Virus record (IMG/VR): IMGVR_UViG_3300029847_000134
Strand: one strand, 5' to 3'
Origin: a virus
Taxonomy: Duplodnaviria; Heunggongvirae; Uroviricota; Caudoviricetes
Length of the DNA: 7,847 nucleotides
The position numbers and the translations under genes were made by a program. Under the pieces are notes generated by a model that had not been told where the DNA came from, made no database searches, and was given only the letters and a program-made list of their open reading frames with translations. Below are positions 1-5,405 of this stretch, piece by piece (positions within the stretch are counted from its first letter, which is position 1; each line of letters opens with the position of its first letter).

Positions 1-439
1 GGGCGGCGCATTTCGCGAACGATTCGCCAGCCGTGGCCTGAAACTGCAATTTTCCCTGCCAGACAGTATTACCGTATTTGGCGATCGCGACCGTTTAATG
101 CAGTTATTCAATAACTTACTGGAAAACAGCCTGCGCTACACTGACAGCGGCGGTAGCCTGAAAATCTCTGCCGAGCAGCACGACAAAACGGTGCGACTGA
201 CCTTTGCCGACAGCGCGCCGGGCGTCAGTGACGATCAGCTACAAAAATTGTTTGAACGTTTTTATCGCACCGAAGGTTCCCGCAACCGAGCCAGCGGCGG
301 TTCCGGGCTGGGGCTGGCGATTTGCCTGAACATTGTTGAAGCACATAATGGCCGCATTATTGCTGCCCATTCGCCTTTTGGCGGGGTAAGCATTACAGTA
401 GAGTTACCGCTGGAACGGGATTTACAGAGAGAAGTATGA
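1..439 (+). CDS. baeS: Sensor histidine kinase BaeS, C-terminal catalytic (HATPase) portion; 5' end lies upstream of the window (codon phase starts at nt 2)
   Basis: Open frame from the window edge to TGA at 437-439. Translation shows ATP-binding kinase motifs (DSAPGV, GGSGLGL). Stop overlaps the baeR start (ATGA at 436-439). Sits immediately upstream of a BaeR-like regulator. Confidence 0.88.
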   Translation, partial: GGAFRERFASRGLKLQFSLPDSITVFGDRDRLMQLFNNLLENSLRYTDSGGSLKISAEQHDKTVRLTFADSAPGVSDDQLQKLFERFYRTEGSRNRASGGSGLGLAICLNIVEAHNGRIIAAHSPFGGVSITVELPLERDLQREV

Positions 440-1158
440 CCGAGTTACCAATCGACGAAAACACACCGCGTATTTTGATCGTGGAAGATGAACCGAAGCT
501 GGGACAGTTGCTCATTGATTATCTGCGTGCTGCGAGCTATGCGCCGACGCTTATCAGCCACGGCGATCAGGTACTGCCGTATGTGCGCCAGACACCACCG
601 GATCTGATCCTGTTGGATCTGATGCTCCCTGGCACCGATGGCTTGACGCTGTGCCGGGAAATTCGTCGTTTTTCTGACATTCCTATCGTGATGGTGACGG
701 CAAAAATAGAAGAGATCGACCGCCTGCTCGGACTGGAGATTGGCGCTGATGACTACATCTGCAAACCGTACAGCCCACGGGAAGTGGTAGCGCGCGTCAA
801 AACCATTTTGCGCCGTTGCAAACCCCAGCGTGAGTTGCAGCAACAGGATGCTGAAAGCCCGTTGATTATCGACGAAAGTCGTTTTCAGGCTTCCTGGCGC
901 GGAAAAATGCTTGACCTGACGCCTGCGGAATTTCGTCTGTTGAAAACGCTCTCTCATGAACCAGGAAAAGTGTTCTCCCGCGAGCAATTGCTCAATCATC
1001 TTTATGACGACTACCGCGTAGTAACCGACCGCACCATCGACAGCCACATTAAAAACCTGCGTCGCAAGCTGGAATCTCTCGACGCCGAACAGTCCTTTAT
1101 CCGTGCCGTTTACGGCGTCGGTTACCGCTGGGAAGCCGACGCCTGCCGCATCGTTTAA
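436..1158 (+). CDS. baeR: Two-component response regulator BaeR (OmpR/PhoB family: receiver domain plus winged-helix DNA-binding domain)
   Basis: 240-aa ORF starting [23 protein letters not shown]. Receiver-domain acidic residues and phosphoacceptor context ([10 protein letters not shown]), C-terminal winged-helix region (VYGVGYRW). ATG overlaps the upstream kinase stop, indicating translational coupling. Confidence 0.93.
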   Translation: MTELPIDENTPRILIVEDEPKLGQLLIDYLRAASYAPTLISHGDQVLPYVRQTPPDLILLDLMLPGTDGLTLCREIRRFSDIPIVMVTAKIEEIDRLLGLEIGADDYICKPYSPREVVARVKTILRRCKPQRELQQQDAESPLIIDESRFQASWRGKMLDLTPAEFRLLKTLSHEPGKVFSREQLLNHLYDDYRVVTDRTIDSHIKNLRRKLESLDAEQSFIRAVYGVGYRWEADACRIV

Positions 1159-1167
1159 CATTTTTAC

Positions 1168-1200
1168 CTGCCGGAGAAGGCATTCACGCCGCATCCGGCA
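1168..1200 (-). repeat. REP (repetitive extragenic palindromic) element, single copy
   Basis: Reverse complement reads GCCGGATGCGGCGTGAATGCCTTCTCCGGC, close to the enterobacterial REP consensus GCCGGATGCGGCGTGAACGCCTTATCCGGC. Lies just downstream of the baeR stop. Confidence 0.6.
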
Positions 1201-1337
1201 ACATTATCCCACGCATGGTCAGCAAACTGACATTATCTCTCCGCCCTGGCAACCGCCTGAAAATCGCTCATACTTTAATCGGTAAACAGTCCTTTTAGAT
1301 GCTGTTTTCGATACGCAATTTCAATCAAGGAGTCATT

Positions 1338-1670
1338 ATGGCTGGTTGGTTTGAACTCAGTAAGAGCAGTGATAATCAGTTCCGGTTTGTGCTAAAAGCG
1401 GGCAATGGTGAGACTATCCTCACCAGCGAGCTATATACCTCAAAAGCCTCTGCGGAAAAGGGTATCGCGTCGGTGCGTAGCAACAGCCCGCAAGAAGAAC
1501 GCTATGAGAAAAAAACGGCAAGCAACGGCAAATTCTATTTCAATCTGAAAGCCGCCAATCATCAAATTATCGGCTCCAGCCAGATGTACGCCACCGCGCA
1601 ATCTCGTGAAACCGGAATTGCCTCCGTTAAAGCCAATGGCACAAGCCAGACGGTGAAAGACAATACGTAA
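1338..1670 (+). CDS. yegP: YegP, UPF0339/DUF1508 family small protein (110 aa) with two tandem repeats of the domain
   Basis: ORF starting MAGWFELSKSSDNQFRF with a strong SD (AAGGAG at 1327-1332) 5 nt upstream of ATG 1338. Internal duplication is visible (KASAEKGIASVRSN / SRETGIASVKANG). The in-frame ATG at 1299 lacks an SD. Confidence 0.85.
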   Translation: MAGWFELSKSSDNQFRFVLKAGNGETILTSELYTSKASAEKGIASVRSNSPQEERYEKKTASNGKFYFNLKAANHQIIGSSQMYATAQSRETGIASVKANGTSQTVKDNT

Positions 1671-1817
1671 TTACGATGCCGGGCGCGTGTTGTTGGCGTC
1701 TGGCGCTTTACCAGCTCCCCCCTACAGCGCTACAATGCCCGCCCTTAAAGTGGGGGCACTCCCCTGGCCGCTTCATCAGGTGAAGCGGATCTGACCTGTC
1801 ATCAGAACGAGAGAATT

Positions 1818-3175
1818 ATGTTTAAACCGGAACTCCTTTCCCCGGCGGGAACGCTGAAAAATATGCGTTACGCTTTCGCTTATGGCGCAGATGCTGTTTA
1901 TGCGGGCCAGCCGCGTTACTCCCTNNNNNNNNNNNNNNNACGAATTCAACCACGAAAATCTTCAGCTCGGCATTAATGAAGCCCATGCGCTGGGGAAAAA
2001 GTTTTATGTCGTGGTCAACATTGCACCGCACAACGCCAAGCTGAAAACCTTTATCCGTGACCTGAAACCGGTGGTGGAAATGGGGCCAGATGCGCTGATT
2101 ATGTCCGATCCAGGGCTGATTATGCTGGTGCGTGAGCACTTCCCTGAAATGCCAATCCATCTCTCGGTACAGGCTAACGCCGTGAACTGGGCGACGGTGA
2201 AATTCTGGCAGCAAATGGGACTGACCCGCGTGATCCTCTCTCGCGAGCTGTCGCTGGAAGAGATTGAAGAGATTCGTAATCANNNNNNNNNNCGAGATCT
2301 TCGTTCACGGCGCGCTGTGCATGGCCTACTCCGGTCGCTGCCTGCTCTCTGGCTATATCAACAAGCGCGACCCGAACCAGGGCACCTGCACCAACGCCTG
2401 CCGCTGGGAGTACAACGTCCAGGAAGGGAAAGAAGATGACGTTGGCAACATCGTACACAAGTACGAGCCGATTCCGGTGCAAAATGTTGAGCCGACGCTG
2501 GGTATCGGCGCACCAACTGACAAAGTGTTTATGATCGAAGAAGCCCAGCGTCCGGGCGAGTATANNNNNNNNNNNNNNNNNNNNNNNNNNNNNACTTACA
2601 TCATGAACTCGAAAGATCTGCGCGCCATCGCCCATGTAGAACGCCTGACCAAAATGGGCGTGCATTCGCTGAAAATCGAAGGCCGTACCAAATCTTTCTA
2701 CTATTGCGCACGCACCGCACAGGTTTATCGTAAAGCTATCGATGACGCCGCTGCGGGCAAACCGTTCGATACCAGCCTGCTGGAAACGCTGGAAGGTCTG
2801 GCGCATCGTGGCTATACCGAAGGTTTCCTGCGTCGTCATACTCACGACGATTATCAGAACTACGAATACGGTTATTCAGTTTCTGACCGCCAGCAGTTTG
2901 TTGGTGAGTTTACCGGTGAGCGCAAGGGCGACCTCGCGGCGGTAGCGGTGAAAAATAAATTCTCCGTTGGCGACAGCCTTGAGCTGATGACGCCGCAAGG
3001 GAACATTAACTTTACCCTTGAGCACATGGAAAACACCAAAGGTGAAGCTATGCCGGTCGCACCAGGCGATGGTTATACTGTGTGGATCCCGGTGCCGCAG
3101 GATCTTGAGCTAAATTACGCGCTGCTGATGCGTAATTTCTCCGGGGAAACCACGCGTAACCCCCACGGTAAGTGA
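1818..3175 (+). CDS. trhP: Peptidase U32 family protein TrhP/YegQ (tRNA U34 hydroxylation-associated); reading frame interrupted by three N-runs (1925-1939, 2283-2292, 2565-2593)
   Basis: ATG at 1818 (MFKPELLSPAGTLKNMRYAFAYGADAVYAGQPRYSL) in phase 0. After the first N-run the coding phase is 1 (EFNHENLQLGINEAHALGKKF...), after the second it is phase 2 (EIFVHGALCMAYSGRCLLSGY...), and this continues through the third N-run to TGA at 3173-3175. Total span 1358 nt is not a multiple of 3. The conserved U32 Cys-rich segment (CMAYSGRC...CTNAC) is present. Confidence 0.8.
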
Positions 3176-3206
3176 TTAATTTCGATTATTTTTCCCGTAT
3201 GGAAAA

Positions 3207-3259
3207 TTCTTAGAAACCGATCACATACAGCTGCATTTATTAAGGTTATCATCTGTTTC
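3207..3259 (+). promoter_or_regulatory. Putative cyaR promoter with class II CRP site (half-site TCACA at 3221-3225, site centre about -42) and -10-like TATCAT at 3247-3252
   Basis: A 22-bp window 3207-3228 (ATTCTTAGAAACCGATCACATA) has one good and one degenerate CRP half-site. Spacing to the inferred CyaR 5' end at 3260 fits a class II CRP promoter; CyaR is known to be CRP-cAMP activated. Confidence 0.45.
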
Positions 3260-3312
3260 GCTGAAAAACATAACCCATAAAATGCTAGCTGTACCAGGAA
3301 CCACCTCCTTAG

Positions 3313-3346
3313 CCTGTGTAATCTCCCTTACACGGGCTTATTTTTT
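3313..3346 (+). terminator. Rho-independent terminator of CyaR
   Basis: Stem CCTGTGTAA (3313-3321) pairs with TTACACGGG (3328-3336) with one G-U pair and loop TCTCCC, followed by CTTATTTTTT. Confidence 0.8.
3320..3346. other. P2-type attachment core sequence (prophage/host junction, ogr-proximal end)
   Basis: Reverse complement of 3320-3346 is AAAAAATAAGCCCGTGTAAGGGAGATT, which matches the 27-bp P2 att core as I recall it. It is followed directly by P2-like ogr, D, U and T. Confidence 0.75.
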
Positions 3347-3410
3347 ACGCGTAATACAATGAAATAAAAGGATTTATTTCTGGTCACGTCCACACATTGA
3401 CCACATCGAC

Positions 3411-3436
3411 AAAAAAGCCCCTCGACTGAGGGGCTT
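3411..3436 (-). terminator. Intrinsic terminator downstream of ogr
   Basis: Perfect 9-bp stem (3415-3423 AAGCCCCTC / 3428-3436 GAGGGGCTT) with loop GACT. On the minus strand it is followed by a T-run (complement of AAAAAA at 3411-3416), 12 nt downstream of the ogr stop. Confidence 0.7.
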
Positions 3437-3447
3437 CCTGTTTGTAA

Positions 3448-3666
3448 TTACATCCACATAATTTGCTGCCCTGACGGCAACGGGTGCGGCCTCACGGCGT
3501 GGACTTCTCCCGGCTTCACGATGTATCGCTGTACCGACTCATAGGTGATGAACGTGGCGCTGCAATTCACGTTCTGGCACTGGTGATAACGCTCTTTTGT
3601 CGTGTCAGTGATATAGCGGCTTGTACGCGCATGTGCGGCATGCTGGCATAAAGGACAATGAAACAT
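3448..3666 (-). CDS. ogr: Ogr, P2 late-gene transcriptional activator (C4 zinc-finger, 72 aa)
   Basis: Translation MFHCPLCQHAAHARTSRYITDTTKERYHQCQNVNCSATFITYESVQRYIVKPGEVHAVRPHPLPSGQQIMWM with the CxxC...CxxxxC zinc-binding arrangement. SD GAGGTG precedes ATG at 3666. The longer ORF-track start at 3729 is rejected for lacking an SD and exceeding the known Ogr length. Confidence 0.9.
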   Translation of the reverse strand: MFHCPLCQHAAHARTSRYITDTTKERYHQCQNVNCSATFITYESVQRYIVKPGEVHAVRPHPLPSGQQIMWM

Positions 3667-3747
3667 CGCGAGCACCTCTTCCGGTTTTGTTGATGGTGCC
3701 ATATTAGTTAATTTATCCTTATAAAACAAATAGATAAAATAAAAACG

Positions 3748-4911
3748 TCACTCATCATCTTCTGTTTCGTACTCCACATCAGAAAGCCTGACCTCAAGCT
3801 CTAAGGACGTCGTGAAGCCGCTATTATTCAGAAAATGTGTCACCTTGGTGATTGTCCAGTCCTGCTCGTCTATGACGCGCTTAAAGCCTGACACCTTAAC
3901 CGGTGTTTCCGTGTAAATATCTGCCCGACCGGTAGCCAGGCTGATGGAGAACTCCGCAACGCCCCGTTGCAGTTTATCCCACTTCGCCTGAGCGGCGCGC
4001 ATGGCCTGCGCTTTCGTGGCATATACCGTGGTCAGGGCAAAAACATTGTCAGCCTCACCGGCCATGTATTCACCTTCGCGCGCTTCCGGCGCTTTTGGCG
4101 CTTTCTTCTGCGTGACTGGTTTCGCTTTCGGGTGCTCCAGTGCGCGCAGGTGTTTTTCTTTCTTTTTGCGTTTCAGTTTTACCTTCTGCTTTTGCGGCTT
4201 CGGGTCTTTGGTGTGAAGCCACTTTGCCGTTACGCCGGTATAGGCTCCACGGTCAGCAATCGCAAAATGGTGGCGGTCGCCGTCGCTGCGGGTTATGGTG
4301 ACCTGCGGGATTTTTTTACCGCTGGCCGTCACCCCCTGCCCCGCTTTGAGAAACAACAGTTTTCCCATTTTTACCGAGACCTCACCGCCGTTGCGTTCTG
4401 CAAGACGGGTCAGGAATTTCGCATCAGACTCCTGCGACTGGTCGATGTGCGGAATTTTAATTCCGGCCAGTGACGGAGCGACACTGGCTTCCAGCCTGTT
4501 ACGGGTGGCTATCGCCTCAACAATTGCACCGAGCGTGGTGTCATGCCAGGAGCCTTCCCGGCGGGAATTGAGCGTCCCGCGAAAATCTGCACTCCGGGCG
4601 CGGATGGTGACCACATCCGGTGCGCCCCGGTGTTCAACCTCATCGACGGTAAATTTCCCTTTGCATACCAGGGCAAAACCTTTCCAGCCGATATACACCG
4701 TCAGGACAGCGCCACGAATCGGTAGTCCGACCTGCCCGTCGGCATCGTTCAGTTCAATATCAAGCTGGTCAGCCTCAAAGCCCCGGTTATCCGTCAGAGT
4801 CATGCTCATCAGACGGTCGCTGATATTGCCGGTAATATCCCTGCTGTCGAGCATCAGCATGTAATCCGGCGTCAGCGTACTGCCTGCATCAAATGTCAGT
4901 GCATCCAGCAT
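3748..4911 (-). CDS. D: P2 gpD-like tail protein (late control gene D family; baseplate hub/gp27-like)
   Basis: 387-aa ORF, the same length as P2 gpD, located between U and ogr. Its start overlaps the U stop (TAATG). Confidence 0.88.
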   Translation of the reverse strand: MLDALTFDAGSTLTPDYMLMLDSRDITGNISDRLMSMTLTDNRGFEADQLDIELNDADGQVGLPIRGAVLTVYIGWKGFALVCKGKFTVDEVEHRGAPDVVTIRARSADFRGTLNSRREGSWHDTTLGAIVEAIATRNRLEASVAPSLAGIKIPHIDQSQESDAKFLTRLAERNGGEVSVKMGKLLFLKAGQGVTASGKKIPQVTITRSDGDRHHFAIADRGAYTGVTAKWLHTKDPKPQKQKVKLKRKKKEKHLRALEHPKAKPVTQKKAPKAPEAREGEYMAGEADNVFALTTVYATKAQAMRAAQAKWDKLQRGVAEFSISLATGRADIYTETPVKVSGFKRVIDEQDWTITKVTHFLNNSGFTTSLELEVRLSDVEYETEDDE

Positions 4912-5390
4912 TATCCCGCCCCCGTCATACCTGTGAATTTAGTCGCCATACTGCCAGCCTTACCGATGAGCGATTCCGCCTGTTTACCGATATCGCCATA
5001 AAGCGCGGCCAGTGATTCGTCAACGCGGGTGAGCGACAGCGTAAAATCAATTTTTCGGGGTGTGCCGTCTGCAAAGAAAATACTCCCTGTTTCACTCACC
5101 TTGCTGATGACATACATGCCGTAAATCATGCCGGTGCCATCCAGCAACGGCCACGCCCGGCCTTCCTCTGCCATCAGCCTGAGCGTGGTCATCGTCAGCT
5201 TCCCGCCGGTCAGTTCGGGATAAAGCACGCCGGCAAGCGTCATGTTTTCCTCACCCACACCGAGAAACTGAAAGGCATCCCGTTTACCGATACGGGAATT
5301 TGACGGCCAGCGATAATCTGATTCGCGCTGCATGGTCTGGTGTGGCAGCGTCTGGCGCATAAAAACAAACATACCTAACGCGAGCATCAT
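4911..5390 (-). CDS. U: P2 gpU-like tail protein
   Basis: 159-aa ORF (MMLALGMFVF...) between T and D. SD GGAAGGTG lies upstream of the ATG at 5390. Stop overlaps the D start. Confidence 0.88.
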   Translation of the reverse strand: MMLALGMFVFMRQTLPHQTMQRESDYRWPSNSRIGKRDAFQFLGVGEENMTLAGVLYPELTGGKLTMTTLRLMAEEGRAWPLLDGTGMIYGMYVISKVSETGSIFFADGTPRKIDFTLSLTRVDESLAALYGDIGKQAESLIGKAGSMATKFTGMTGAG

Positions 5391-5405
5391 TTTTCGTCAC
5401 CTTCC

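Larger units (their letters stand above)
3260..3346 (+). ncRNA. cyaR: CyaR (RyeE) Hfq-dependent small RNA, 87 nt
   Basis: Sequence GCTGAAAAACATAACCCATAAAATGCTAGCTGTACCAGGAACCACCTCCTTAGCCTGTGTAATCTCCCTTACACGGGCTTATTTTTT matches my recollection of E. coli CyaR, including the CCTCC-containing pairing region and a terminal stem-loop plus U6. Position between yegQ and the P2-like ogr agrees with the known locus. Confidence 0.85.

Noticed and set aside
445-1194. 249-aa ORF on the minus strand
   Set aside because: Entirely antisense to the well-supported baeR CDS; no SD and no recognisable domain. A typical spurious antisense frame.
1103-1285. 60-aa + strand ORF spanning the baeR 3' end and the REP-containing intergenic region
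   Set aside because: Overlaps baeR in another frame and runs through a REP element; Arg/Pro-rich composition with no start signals.
1299-1337. Upstream in-frame ATG extending yegP to 123 aa
   Set aside because: No SD upstream, whereas ATG 1338 has AAGGAG at optimal spacing and gives the expected 110-aa two-repeat protein.
1822-2845. Minus-strand ORFs (130 aa and 223 aa) overlapping trhP
   Set aside because: Antisense to a conserved U32 peptidase gene and they run through N-masked codons; no independent support.
3347-3447. Possible cargo or small gene between the att core and ogr
   Set aside because: Only about 100 bp, containing the ogr terminator hairpin; no ORF with start signals.
3967-4864. 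Several + strand ORFs (60-189 aa) inside the D gene region
   Set aside because: Antisense to gpD; low-complexity Ser/Arg/Phe-rich translations typical of the reverse frame of a coding sequence.
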